Origin: Podarcis vaucheri
Lineage: Eukaryota
NCBI GenBank assembly: GCA_965113315.1
Contig: OZ220382.1
DNA length: 64,000 bases
Reading direction: 5' to 3' (one strand)
The notes beneath the pieces are model-generated. The model did no database searches. It was not told where the DNA came from and saw only the letters and a list, made by a program, of their open reading frames with translations. How positions within the stretch are numbered: position 1 is the stretch's first letter; every line of letters starts with the position of its first letter. A program made the position numbers and the translations under genes. Of the stretch, positions 22,668 to 36,010 are shown in pieces.

Positions 22668-23414
22668 AAAAGGACTGACAAACCCGGGACCAGGAGGAAG
22701 GGACACTGGAAGAAGATTGGATTGTCTATTTCTTTTTTCTATCATTAGGAATGCTTTATAAAATTGATGAATGTTAGAAAAATGTTGAAATGAAATTACT
22801 TGGCTCTTGTAAAAATGTTTAAAGAATTACCATATGTTTTGCTCTATAAGACTCACTTTTTCCCTCCTAAAAGGTAAGGGAAAATGTGTTTGCGTCTTAT
22901 GGAGTGAATGCAGGCTACACAGCTATCCCAGAAGCCAGAACAGCAAGAGGGATTGCTTTCACTGTGCAGCGATCCCTCTTGCTGTTCTGGCTTCTGAGAT
23001 TCAGAATATTTTTTTTCTTGTTTTCCTCCTCCAAAAACTAGGTGCGTCTTGTGATCTGGTGCGTCTTATAGAGCGAAAAATACGGTAGGTAAAAAGGTAA
23101 TGTTTATGAGAAGTTGGTAAAAATAAGATTTAAGTCTTAAGCTTTAAGGATTTTATAAGATAAGATGAAAATAGAGTAAGGTAATGTAATGACAGAATAC
23201 TATGAATTATGGAAAGGATTTGCTGTGACAACTATTAATCAAGATACAAGAAAAGGGAGGAGGAGGAGGTCATAGAAAGAAGGTAATGAAGGTGGAGAAT
23301 TTGAAAATAATGGTTTTATTTTTTCTCTTTTTTCTTTTTTCTGTTTTGTCTTTTTTCTTTGTAATTTTATAAAGAAAAAATTCTTTTTTCAATAAATATT
23401 ATTAGAAAAAAATA
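22668..23414 (+). mobile_element. L1-like LINE 3' end with 19-bp TSD
   Basis: TSD TAGAATGGCATATACTCTA (22649-22667 / 23415-23433), AATAAA at 23391 then A-rich tail, purine-rich 3' UTR. Confidence 0.8.
22830..23085. mobile_element. Tc1/mariner (pogo-like) MITE nested in the L1
   Basis: TIR CC(G/A)TAT(T/G)TT(T)(C/T)GCTCTATAAGAC at both ends, TA flanks. Confidence 0.85.
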
Positions 23415-25507
23415 TAGAATGGCATATACTCTAGACTCCTGGAATTATAATCACCTCACCAAGCTAAGGTGCAGACCTATAGAAGCTCTACCTTCCCCAA
23501 TCCACTTCTAATAAAATAACATTCCAGTATTCATATCAGACTTTCAGAGCAGATTTTCAGTTATCTCCTTCCTTACATATAAGCAGGATACATTCAGATG
23601 AAAAGTTCTGTTTACCCAGACAGAATAACCATGAGTGGATCTCCTAAGACTTATGTTGCTTACACGTACAATTTTATTAGAGCAAAATGGGAAATTCCAT
23701 TTGTAAGAATGGAATTGGCGCAAGGCACCTCATTCCAAACTCAAAAGTGACACTGGGCCCCTAGGAAACATCCAGCCCACTGAAACAATTAAATTACTTT
23801 TGGAATAGCTGAGGAGCAGAAAGTTGATGGCAGGAACCTAATAATCAATTTCTTTTGCTAACGCACTCAGGACCTCTGAATGCTATTAGAGGAAGAAGGA
23901 AGAGCTGTCATTGCTACCTAATCATATATGGTGCTATCTCTGCTGAGAATTTTCAAAAGCTGTGGGATGGATCATAGCACAATTCTCAAATCCTAATTTG
24001 CTTCAGTATAGATACATACTAAGGACTAATTTATGTGGCTCTGGCCAGAAAGTTCAATCTAGGGCACAATTCAAGATACTGGTAAATGGTTTTAAAGCCC
24101 TGAATGGCTTAGGGCCAGCACTGCCAACTCCCATATCAACTTGGCTGCTCCCTAAGATCTGACCCTGCTCTGTGTCCCACCTACAGTGGGAGCAACAATG
24201 GGTAGCAAGAGTTTTCTTTCCATACTCCTCTCTCCTATCCCTTTTTCCTTTTGTGCTGTGCCTTTTAGACTGAAAGCCTGAGCTCAAGGCCTGACTTTTT
24301 TTTTAAAGTTTGGGTGAGGAGTATGATGAAAATAGGGGGGAATCCTTCAATCTAGTATAAAATGAAGGAGTTTAGGAGATAGAAGTACCTGGACAAATCT
24401 GTCAATTTTGGTTCTCAGAGTTTCTTATGCCCCCCCCCATCTTATATTCCATTCTCTAATTTTCCAGGATAATTTACAATTCTTTTTTTTTAAAAAAAAA
24501 AAAAACCTCAGGAAAATTCATCAGCTTTTGGGGGGCAAATTTCTCCTAATAAATGCATTTTTGTATGTAGTTTTGACTAATAGACTTTTTTTTGCAATTT
24601 ATTTGTGAGTTGCTGTGCCCACCAGTTGAAGCTGGACCACAGGGTGGGAGCTAAAAAGGTTCCTCACTTTGGATTAGCGTGTAAGGTTTCACAAAGTCTA
24701 GGAGTCGGTGGGTTGATAAAGGGGTGAGGTTTGCTGTAGGTGGTAAGCAACACAAGCAGAAGCAAAACATGCATGTACATATATATGTGTGTGTGTGTAT
24801 CTTTGTGTGCATATGTGTGTGTGCATTCATTTGATATTGCTTGAATTTCACTTCCCCTTACACAATCATTCTTCTCCTGAAAACTTGGGGCATAAAAGTC
24901 AAGTACATTTGAACCAGAAGTACATAAAATTATGTATAACCTAATAGCAACCATTTTATCTAATGCAAACTCTTCAGGAGAAATCTTTTGCTGTTTGGTT
25001 TTGGCTGACTGCAAAGATTCTATGTGTACTTACTTTCCTTTCTTGAGCACTTGAAGCTGGGGTACGGCTTACTGCTTAAAGGCAACCAATTCCTGATAAG
25101 TTTGCATGGTGTTTCCCACCCTCCCCTGTAATTTTTGTACAGCTTTTTCCTTTTGCAGGAATTCTTGGAGAAGAGGCAATCTGCAACATGGTGAAACAGT
25201 AGGGTGCTATTGTGAAAGGGCAGCAGAAGACACAAGGACCATTGACATCCATCCTAAAGAATGTAATGAGCTGTCGTTCTGCAATGGGCAGAAGGAGCCG
25301 TTATCCCTCATTCTGATATCGAGGTCCTGACCTATGCTAGAAAGTCTCGAATCCTAGTATGCTCCATTCTGAAGAAAAGTAGCTCCATTAAAAGACTGAA
25401 CTCATACATGAAGTAGCTCCAGAACCTGCTGTGTATATATATGCCTGTGTGAATGAACCCTTAAGAGTTATAAACCTCAGACTTGGGATACTCTCTTTAG
25501 GCAAAGG

Positions 25508-25707
25508 CAGTGGTGGCTGTGCTCACTGGGACTGGTGGGGTAGAAGGCAGGGAAACCAACAGCAGGATTTAGCCAGAGCCAATGGCGGACAGGGCCACCC
25601 TCTCACTGGTTGTAAGGAAAGCAAGCAGGTAGGTAGGGGGCTGGATGAGGGCAGACGGAGGTTGATAGGGCAGTAGCCCATTCACCCTAATGGAGCAGCC
25701 TCCAGTG
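25508..25707. mobile_element. Old DNA-transposon remnant with CAGTGG(C/T/A)GGC ends (relatives ~5531-5670, 19990-20120, 26030-26298, 42650-42990)
   Basis: cagtggtggctg...cagcctccagtg termini and shared gggactgg/agagccaat internal motifs. Confidence 0.55.
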
Positions 25708-26794
25708 GCTACAGGACAGATGGACAAGGTCTGAAGGTCTAGGAGGGAATGAGATCTGAGGCAGGTGAAACCCTGTTGCTCATGCCAGCCATGATCTGTG
25801 TATCTGGGATCTGAGTTCCTCAAAGGGCCACCTTCCCACATATGTGATGACAGAACATTGCATGCAACATCTAAGGCAGAATATCTGCTAATAGATGTAA
25901 CACAGGTTCTCTGCCTCACCTTCTCAACAGGACTTGCAACGGGGTGTGAAACTGGAGAAATAGTGAAAGGGAAAAGAAAGGTCCCTTTCTTAGGGTTCCT
26001 TATCTTTGAATTGGACTTGGACCAGGCTGCAGTGGAGGCCAGGCCATTGAGGTGGATGGGGCAACAACCTCAGTCTGTGTTCAGCCAGCCCCCACCTGCC
26101 TTCCTTCTTATTTTCATCCAGTTCAAGGCATGGTACTGGCTGTCAGATTCTTCATCCTTAAGTCTTGGTGTTGCTTTTATAGAACTCAGTGGGGAGGGTA
26201 ATAGACAAAACTAGAATTGCCTGAAATTGGTTCTGGCTCCACCTATTCCTGGCCTCTCTGCCTCCCCATTAGCCCCAAATGGTTACCAGCCACTGCTGCT
26301 GGACAGCCCTTCAAATAGAGAACACTTTTGAACAGAGGACTGTCTCTGACAGCCCTCTCTAAGGAAGGATGTAGGCATTTCTCCCTATCAGTAACTGGTC
26401 ACAAATGGCTGTTTGTTGCTGAACAAATGAGTGTTCTCAGGTCTCCCCTTTTACCTCTCCATACTTAGATATGAGGTAGTATCACAGGGCAGTGTGATTG
26501 TTGTGTTTTCTTTTCGGTGCAACCTTCAGGCCTGGGTACAGTGAGGTGAGAGAATTTGACAAAATGGAGGTCCACACTTTAATACGGTGGCACGAGGGGA
26601 AGGGAAGAGTTTAACAGGCGGAAAATCCCGGTTCGATTGCTGACAGCTCTAGGCAGGGCTGTCCCCTGTCTGAAATCCTGAACAGCATTGTTCAAAACAT
26701 ATTTGAAACCTGAGTTAGGATCCTGGGTAAGCCCAAAACAGCTTCCCCCCAGACTCAGGAGAGGCGTTATTAATTATACCCTTTTAATACTCCT

Positions 26795-27164
26795 TAAAGG
26801 TAAAGGTAAAGGGACCCCTGACCATTAGGTCCAGTCGTGACCGACTCTGGGGATGCGGCGCTCATCTTGCTTTACTGGCCGAGGGAGCTGGCGTACAGCT
26901 TCCGGGTCATGTGGCCAGCATGACTAAGCCGCTTCTGGCAAACCAGAGCAGCGCACGGAAACGCCGTTTACCTTCCCACCGGAGTGGTGCCTATTTATCT
27001 ACTTGCACTTTGATGTGCACTTTGACGTGCTTTTGAACTGCTAGGTGGGCAGGAGCTGGGACCGTGCAATGGGAGCTCACCTCATCACGGGGATTCGAAC
27101 CACTGACCTTCTGATCAGCAAGTACTATGCTCAGTGGTTTAACCCACAGTGCCACCCACATCCC
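26795..27164 (-). mobile_element. Sauria (Squam1) SINE, full length
   Basis: (AAAGGT)n tail, tRNA-like head; degenerate TSD tttaatactcct/tttaacacttct. Confidence 0.95.
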
Positions 27165-28280
27165 TTTAACACTTCTTATTTTATACCAAATGGTTAACTT
27201 CAACACTGATTTGCCAAAATGACACAGGCATTTAATTTTTGAAGGAATCCTTTTGTGTCCACTTCAAGCTTGGCCTATTGATGTCTTATTGCTACTCTGC
27301 TGGCAGAGCAAAAAACCTCAAAGGTTTTCTGTTTTTATTTTTAAAAAAAGAAGTAGGGGGAAAACTCCTAAACTGGTATTTGTCTGCTCCCTTAAGAAAC
27401 ATCTATTATTTAGCAGGAATGCACAACAGCAGTTTCTGTAATTCTCTGCATAACCTCATAGAATAAACTGGTCCCATTTTTCTGCACCTATTGACAGGGG
27501 CAACTAAAAGTCCATACGGTTAAAATATGTGGCGAGGCTTTGATAAACTAAAAGTTATTATATTGTTTTCCCCCTGGTTCTTAAAAAAAAAAATCATTCC
27601 CCACAAGCAATTTAGAGAAGCCAATTATGAGCAGGCTACACAGAAGCCCCATCATTAAACAAGCAACTACTCCTGGTGCTCATGAGGACCCAAAGGAGGA
27701 AATGCATTAGGTATCACTATAAAATGATGTGGAAATATTATTTCTCTATCTGCAATTCAGATGAATAGCAGGTGACAACCTCCACCCCCTCAGGTGTGCT
27801 CAGAGCAATTGCAGTAATGCTGGGACTATTAAAAGAATTGTAGACCTATTTCCCAAATGCAAAAAAACATGCAGAGGCAAAGAGACCTGCCTTTTGCCAG
27901 GCAGAACATGGCAAATATTAAAGAGGATGTGTGTGCTCATTTTAAGATTGTTAATCCACTGTTACCATTTCCATTTTACTTCCCTCCCCCCCAAAAAAAA
28001 GAATCACCAAAATGGCCTCCTCCGAGCCTTGAACAACTCGGAGTCCCACCTGAACCGTTATAACCCAGGTTGATACCACATCATCTGGAGGGCTGCTGCT
28101 AGACACAACCTGTGCAACAGAGATTGGGCAGATACCCTTCCTTTTCACCTTTAGGTGAAATACTTCATTATGCCAACAGCTCATATGGAGCTGCTTAATT
28201 TATTTATTTAATTTTTTTTGGAGTGCCCAGTCATTTTAATAACTGTTTTGTATTTGCTGTGTTTTATATTCTGGGTGATG

Positions 28281-28625
28281 GGGATGCGGGTAGCGTTGTG
28301 GCTTAAACCACAAAGCCTAGGACTTGCCGATCAGAAGGTCGGCAGTTCAAATCCCCGTGACGGGGTGAGCTCCCATTGCTCGGTTGCTGCTCCTGTCAAC
28401 CTAGCAGTTCGAAAGCAAGTGGAAGTAGATAAATAGGTACCGCTCTGGTGGGAAGGTAAACGGTGTTTCCGTGCACTGCTCTGGTTCGCTAGAAGCAGCT
28501 TAGTCATGCTGGCCACATGACCCGGAAGCTGTATGCCGGCTCCCTCGGCCAATAAAGCAAGATGAGCGCCGCATCCCCAGAGTCAGCCACGACTGGACCT
28601 AAAGGTCAGGGGCCCCTTTACCTTT
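28281..28625 (+). mobile_element. Sauria (Squam1) SINE, full length
   Basis: GGGATGCGGGTAGCG head, ACCTTT tail, TSD tata(t/c)tctgggtgat. Confidence 0.95.
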
Positions 28626-29984
28626 ATACTCTGGGTGATGTATGGATAGTTTTATAAATAGATAAATATTATTTCAATAGCGCTTGACTGGAAATGCTTG
28701 ATTCCCTCTCTTCCTTAGTATGGAGACAATACATAGAGTATAGTGAAATATGGATCATGATATCTCACTTAGAAGGGAAAACACACACACAAGATGAATC
28801 CCACCCTTCTATAGTCTCTTAAACTTAGCATCATTTTCAGTTTGCTTTCAACTATTTTCTTGGGGAAAACTGTACAGCAGAGTTTATCTGGCAGCAAAAT
28901 CCAAAGACAGCTATCAGGAGACCCAAATGCATTTTCTGGCTCTGGAAATGAATTAGTGGTGGATGTTTGCCAAAAAATGTCAAGCTTTCTCAGTTGGCCC
29001 GGTAGTGATATGATTGAGCCAGAAAAATAGATATAAATATTAGGCAAGGAAGGAGTTGCATGGTCCTGTTGAGTACATAACATTTGTAGGCTTGGGACTC
29101 TGAAAACCGCTTTGCTATACACGGCCTGCTGGAATTCACACTGATCTCTTTAGGCATTTTAAACATTGCTTTCATGAACGGCATAAAACACTTTCAGGGA
29201 GCAAGTGGTCACTGAACCAAACAGATACGTGAAATAAGTAACCCATGGCTGAATGAATTCAGAGACTATTTTCAAGGTTGGAAACAGCACACAAAGGTTA
29301 GCTGTTTTGTCCTAACAGCTTATGAGGGGGCTTTATCTTTGTGCTGATTGGTAATGGTGGATCAGATTCCCTAAAAGGCAATTTAGCTGCCGTTATTGAT
29401 TTTCTGCAATGTGCTGTCTCTGGGGGGTAATGGGCATGCTTATGGTGTCCTTCAAACAAAGGTGGGTGTGGGGGGACCTGTGGAACTTAAGGTGTTGTTG
29501 GACCCTAAGTCAAAACACCATGGCTAGTAATTATTCCTAGAGCTGCAGCTACCTTCTGCCATATGCTGAAGAGGCACCTCATTCCCCTGCCCTATGACAG
29601 TTAAGGTATTTTGTTTTGTAAGATCCCACATCTTGCTGAATTTACAGTGCTGTGTTCCATGACTTGCTCTGTAATAATTGTAATGGGTAGAATTGCACTA
29701 TGACAAACATTCCATCTGAGCATGTATTGTAGCTTGTCAGGCAGAACAATCCCATCTCTCACCCCCTTGCATGATGTTCTGGGGTTTCTACCAACACCCT
29801 CCCCCCAGCCAATTTTGGGAGCATTGGGGGATGTGCAGGAGAGGATTGGGGGTGTGAGAAAGCTTCATTACACAAGTGGAAACCCTTTCACAAGGTTTCC
29901 ATCAATGGGGCTCATTAGATGAACCCACCCACTGGTTTTATTTGTTAAAATTGTGCATATTCTGTTGTGGTAACTCTCCATAAA

Positions 29985-30137
29985 GGGACGCGGGTGGTGC
30001 TGTGGGTTAAACCACAGAGCCTAGGACTTGCTGATCAGAAGATTGGCGGTTCGAATCCCCGCAACGGGGTGAGCTCCCGTTGCTCGGTCCCTGCTCCTGC
30101 CAACCTAGCAGTTCCTTAACTCTCCTTAACTTTACCT
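29985..30137 (+). mobile_element. Sauria SINE with 3' half deleted
   Basis: Intact head to ...ctagcagttc, remnant tttacct tail, TSD taactctccata (29971-29982 / 30138-30149). Confidence 0.92.
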
Positions 30138-30185
30138 TAACTCTCCATAGGTGTTTCTGCTGAAGCGGTGGTAAGAAATATTATA

Positions 30186-30420
30186 CAGTGGTACCTCGGG
30201 TTAAGAACTTAATTCATTCTGGATCTTAACCTGAAACTGTTCTTAACCTGAAGTACCACTTTAGCTAATGGGGCCTCCTGTTGCCGCTGCACTGCCGCCG
30301 CACAATTTCTGTTCTCATCCTGAAGCAAAGTTCTTAAACCAAGGAACTATTTCTGGGTTAGCAGAGTCTGTAACCTGAAGCATCTGTAACCTGAAGCATC
30401 TGTAACCAGAGGTACCACTG
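30186..30420 (-). mobile_element. Tc1/mariner MITE (same family as 9905)
   Basis: CAGTGGTACCTC TIRs, TA flanks. Confidence 0.93.
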
Positions 30421-32129
30421 TAAAGGATTCAAGTTTTCCCTGCAAAAAAATCTCCAAGAAAGGTTGGAAATTTACTACTGGCAGGAGAGCAGGGGAAAAC
30501 AGCTTGTACAGCTGCTCCAAGTGTCTCACCACCCCCATTCAATCACCCTCCATGGGTTTCTGCTTCCTGGCCAGCAGAAACATTCCATGGGGGGGGGGTT
30601 GCTCCATTCTTCCACCCACCTACCTGTCAATTTTGTTCCTAGGGTCCTTCTACCCTCCAACTGCCACCAGCCTCCCCACAAGCAGGGAGCAGCATTATTT
30701 CTGGTGGGTGGGGGAGAAACTGGATAAAAATAAACCATCTCAAGCAACTTCCAAGACTAGCAGGAAGAGCACTGAGAGGTCCTGCAGCAGCACTGGGTGC
30801 TGGGAGCTACCCAGCCACTGACCCACTGACCACCACCCCCAGCTCAATTTTCCAGTCACTGGAGGTAGGCAGGGTGCATGTGCATGCACAAAGTGCCTTG
30901 CTGCTTGGGGAAAGGGACTGGAACGGACAGGATTCACAGAGAAAAAGGCACTTCCCAGCCTCTGTCAAGAGTGCCCTCCTTACTTTACATCATCTCATGT
31001 ATAGATGTGAAGCCTGATAACACAACCCCTGCATAAGTAGGGGAACGCCTGTACTTGTTGTGTAAGCAAAGGAGAGCTCACCCATAAGTAATCCATAATA
31101 CAAAATGGGATCTGCAGTTTTTTGTAGGAAGGAGAAATATGGAATAATTTGCACATTATGCATCAGGCCGTAAGGCTCCCACTGAGTTCAGCTGAGTCAA
31201 ATTGCAGTCCTTGGGCTCATGTATTTTCAGTGTGTGGCAAAATACACACTAATTAGCACAACTTTGAACCCTTGGCAAAACAGTTAATTTCTTTCTGAGG
31301 GAGAGGTAAAACTTAATTTCCAGTACTCTGCTTATTGTGATAACAACTGGCAACACAAGCTGTAATGAATAATTGATATCTGTAGGTACTGCGAGCAGAT
31401 TTATTTTGGATATTTGCTGTTGTTGTTTCTAAAAAAACTGTTGATAGTTTCTATATTTTGATAACTTTACTATGTCTACTTCTTTTTAATGTCTCTTGAT
31501 TTTATTGGTATTTTCTTATGAATATTTTATATTATTTTATGCAAAGCACTTTGAGATTTATTTTTATTAAGTGATATATAAATCCGGTTAAATAGAATAA
31601 ATAAAAATAGATTGTCATTTTGCTGTTGAAAATTGAGCTGGGCCTCACGGCAAGCATTGAAAATGAAGGATTGCTAAATTATGAGGATCAGCAGCAGCAT
31701 GGGGTGGGTGGGTGAGCTGAAGAAAATGTTTCATTTCCTTCCATCTTTACAAAGAAATGCCAACTTCCTTCCTCTAACCAAAAACTCTGGCACTGTCTCC
31801 CCATTAATCAGCAGAAGGCTTCTCCTACTAGTTATTCAGGAGGCTGGCATCCATCTTGACAGCAGATCTTGTACATTTGAATAGCATCCGCTGGGGGCAA
31901 AATCATGGCATGCCAAGATTTTTTTGCAGAAATTAATTCATCTCTGAAGTTAATTCTATGTTCATGTCCAGCTCAAATACACAACCTCCCAGATAACATT
32001 TCAGTACGAATCTTATGCAGTACGATACTCTTGTGACTGACAAGGGAAGCAAACTAACCGAACATAACGCAGAGGGGAAGTAATAATTTTATGCATGTTA
32101 CTGGGTTGGGGGTGAAGGGAAGCCCTTGG

Positions 32130-32337
32130 GAATTAGATGATCCACTGGGAAAGGAAACTAATGCTGACGAAGACAGAATTGGGATTCAATGTGACCTTGG
32201 TAGATTGGAGAACTGGGCCCAAACTAACAGAATGAATTTCAGTAGGGACAAATGTTTTCCTGCATTTAGGCAGGAAGAACCGGCTGCACAAACATAAGAT
32301 GTGGGACACCTGGTTTACCAGTAGTGCATGTGAAAAA
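32130..32337 (+). mobile_element. Old CR1 RT fragment
   Basis: EDRIGIQCDLGRLENWAQTNRMNFSRDKC aligns with CR1 ORF2 [29 protein letters not shown]. Confidence 0.85.
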
Positions 32338-33030
32338 TGGTGGCCCCATTTCTGCTCTAGTCCTGTCCGAATCAGCACTCAGTGAACTAAGTTTGCTACT
32401 GTAGAGGAAGTGGTGGTGGTGCTGATGGCTAGTCAAGATCTAAGTATGTCTTTTGGATTCCTTGAATTAGAGCAGTGTTTTAAAATGTGATGTTTGTTTT
32501 CCAGAAGCTTACTTCAATTAGTCATGCCGGGTAAACTTCCCTGAAAGGCAACTTCGTCATCAATCTGCAAGCTTTCATGAAAACTGCAACTGCATGAAAG
32601 TATTCCTCTGACACATACTCAGTTTGCATAACGTGGCATTGGGGCCTAAAAGACCTCTATAATGTTCTGCATGAAGTGAATGTGTACCTTAGAGCACTTC
32701 CCATAATCCTCTTCAATACACAGGAATTTCATGGCAGATATTGCTTGGGAATAGGGATGTAAGGAGAAGGCATGGAAGGGGCAGCCAAGTGCACTGGCCC
32801 CGGCCTTAGATTGTCAAACTAGTTGGAGAGCCCTGTCAGGATCCTGCTGGACTTACACTGTCATGCCAAGGACAAGACTCCCACCTCAGGCCTCAGACAA
32901 GCTCTGCATGGGCCTGGTAAGCAGGTGCAACCAGCCCTGTTTCTGTCCTGCTGCAGTTCGGCTTCTGCTAAAACCTACTTTGCTTGTCTCATTATTTGTT
33001 ATGGCTGAAGCCAACATAATTAATTAAGTA

Positions 33031-33272
33031 CAGTGGTACCTTGGGTTAAGTACTTAATTCGTTCTGGAGGTCTGTTCTTAACCTGAAACTGTTCTGAACC
33101 TGAAGCACCACTTTAGCTAATGGGGCCTCCCGCTGCTGCCGCACCGCCAGAGCACGATTTCTGTTCTCATCCTGAAGCAAAGTTCTTAACCCGAGGTACT
33201 ATTTCTGGGTTAGCAGAGTCTGTAACCTGAAGCGTATGGAACCTGAAGCGTATGGAACCCGAGGTACCACTG
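33031..33272 (-). mobile_element. Tc1/mariner MITE (same family as 9905)
   Basis: CAGTGGTACCT TIRs, TA flanks. Confidence 0.93.
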
Positions 33273-34554
33273 TAATGAACTACACAATCAATTTCAATGC
33301 ATTGCAATGGAAGGGAAATGCCAAAAACAATGCAGAAAAGAACACAACTATTTATGTAACCTTTTGGGGGGCCCTGTTCACCTCACAGATACAATTTTCA
33401 GAATTCCTTGGGTGGAGTAATTGACTGTTAACTACTCTGGGAATTTTGGCTTGGTGAGGGGAATGGAGGTTTCATAACCAAGCTCAGTGCCCAAAACAAA
33501 CTACAGTTCCCATGATGATTTGGGTGAAGCTATGGCTAAAGTGGAACTATAGTGCTTTAAATGTATAGTGCAGATGAGGCCTTGGAAAAAGTGATGCCCT
33601 TTCTTTCCACTCTGCAAGGATAAAGATGACCTAAGGTAGACTATCTGTGCCTAATGCTCAGGCAAGGGCTTCTTTACTGCTTGCATAAAATAAGCTCTGA
33701 CAAGCTGCACCAGGCAGGTGTACTGCCCAGGGCAAGTAAAGCATTAAGAACAGATATGTAGCATTCAGCCTTAGGCTGAGTCTGCCCCAAATGCTCCCAC
33801 CAGCCTAGTGTGACAAGAAAGAGACTTGCAGCATTCATTGTCACTCTTAGATCTGAAATTGTGTGCACAGGGCTCAGCCTAATTCCAAATCAGGGCACTT
33901 TTGCACAAGCCTATGCCCTCTAATGAGCAGTCTGCACTGCATCCGGGGGAATTATTCTGGGGAAAAGCCAGGTAGGTCTCCCCACTGCCAAGAGGCATTC
34001 CCATATAAACAGTGGAAAGCCAGCCATACTACAGCTTGTATCAGACTCAGAGAGAGACTGTGCTACAGTGGCAGAGCAAAAGTTTGCCTTGGTTAAAATA
34101 CTCTTCAGTTAAAAAAATCATATAGTACAATGACAGAATAGAACTGCATGTAGGAAGACCTAAGTTCAGCCTCTTGCATCCTCAGATAAGAGCAGGGGAG
34201 GGGAAACTTCTTCATCCAAGGGGGCCACATACTACTGACATATTGATTCTGCTCAACAGCTGAGCATGTATCAGTGTTGCTGTATGAAGCATATCTGCAC
34301 CCCGATTCTTTTAGGGGAGGTCCAATGGCTTCTATTTATTTTTATGGAGTTATTCAACAACTTCTATACACCACTTGATTGTAGGAGAACCTGTCAGGTT
34401 TGCTGAAGTTAGTTGATTTTTAGCGTGGTGTCCTTGTTATTGTTAAGCGTGATTTATTCTACTTGTTATTTTTGAATTGGGCCTGGAAACTGCTTGGCAG
34501 CCAGTATAGTTGGGCCAGGATTGGTGTAATATGCTCAGACTGCCTTGCCCTGGT

Positions 34555-34783
34555 GATAAATAGGTACCGCTGTGGCGGGAAGGTAAATGGTTTTTCCATG
34601 TGCTCTGGTTTCTGTCATGGTGTTCCGTTGCACAAAAGTGGTTTAGTCCTGCTGGCCACATGACCCGGAAAGCTGTCTGTGGACAAATGTCGGCCCCCTC
34701 GGCCTGAAAGCGAGATGAGTGCCGCAACCCCATAGTTGCCTTTGACTGGACTTAACCATCCAGGGGTCCTTTACCTTTACCTT
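34555..34783 (+). mobile_element. Sauria SINE, 5'-truncated
   Basis: gataaataggtaccgct...ggaaggtaaa...(ACCTTT)n tail. Confidence 0.9.
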
Positions 34784-35162
34784 ATTTTAATTTTGGACCG
34801 TGGTTTGTCAAGAAATACTCAAATAGCCTATTCCAACTTTCTCACAGATTTGCATACTATGGAATAATCAACCGAAAAGGTTCAACTCTCAAGAACTCTT
34901 GACATGGATACTAGTGGCTGCAAAATGGAAAACATAACGGGACTTGCAACTTGCACTCTGGTATAAATATAAGTGGAGTTTAGCACTAGCAGAAAAAATA
35001 ATGCATTAATTACATGTTGATGGGATGTTATCATATATAAAGCAACAAATATAGACACACAGCACTCCCTCTCCATGGTACAACATGAATCTGACCAGGA
35101 GCAGTTAATTAGGAACTATGCTGTGTCTCCATCTGTGTTCAATCAATAGAAGATAGATGATT

Positions 35163-35562
35163 NNNNNNNNNNNNNNNNNNNNNNNNNNNNNNNNNNNNNN
35201 NNNNNNNNNNNNNNNNNNNNNNNNNNNNNNNNNNNNNNNNNNNNNNNNNNNNNNNNNNNNNNNNNNNNNNNNNNNNNNNNNNNNNNNNNNNNNNNNNNNN
35301 NNNNNNNNNNNNNNNNNNNNNNNNNNNNNNNNNNNNNNNNNNNNNNNNNNNNNNNNNNNNNNNNNNNNNNNNNNNNNNNNNNNNNNNNNNNNNNNNNNNN
35401 NNNNNNNNNNNNNNNNNNNNNNNNNNNNNNNNNNNNNNNNNNNNNNNNNNNNNNNNNNNNNNNNNNNNNNNNNNNNNNNNNNNNNNNNNNNNNNNNNNNN
35501 NNNNNNNNNNNNNNNNNNNNNNNNNNNNNNNNNNNNNNNNNNNNNNNNNNNNNNNNNNNNNN
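35163..35562. other. Assembly gap (400 N)
   Basis: Run of N. Confidence 1.
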
Positions 35563-36010
35563 ATAGAAAAGTTAGGAGCCAAATGGCTCCTGGGACCTGG
35601 GTTATGGGCCCCAAAACAGAATGTCTAGTCACCAATGGGGGGTGTCAGTAACACTTTTTATTTATTATTTTGATAGGCATGAATTAATATGCAATTCACA
35701 TGACACGTTATTAATATCACATTTTAAGCAGAAATTATTCATACATGTTTAATTTGGTGTTTACAATAAAAAATATTGGTACCATGCTTCAGTTTTCAAA
35801 ACACTCTTCTCTTTATTGTTAAACTTCTTAACATATTGGCTATCCTTATGATGTACTTCAAGGCTTCAAAGCACATTCATTTCAGTGTTCCTTGAGTGTC
35901 AGCCAGGTGCAAAAAAAAAAAAAAATGACACCCAGACTTTTTAAGGTGCTCGCAAATAGAGAATCTTTAGGTGCAAAATGCACCTGGCCCCCTGCTAATT
36001 TTGAACCCTG
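35563..36010. mobile_element. Probable hAT non-autonomous element, left end lost in the gap
   Basis: Subterminal ttaggagccaaatggctcct / ttaggtgcaaaatgcacct motifs and end gctaattttgaaccctg. Confidence 0.55.

Noticed and set aside
25159-25330. Strong plus-strand acceptor followed by an open frame
   Set aside because: No good donor, no recognisable product, antisense to the gene.
35105-35651. Long ORFs containing X runs
   Set aside because: Artefacts of the 400-N gap.
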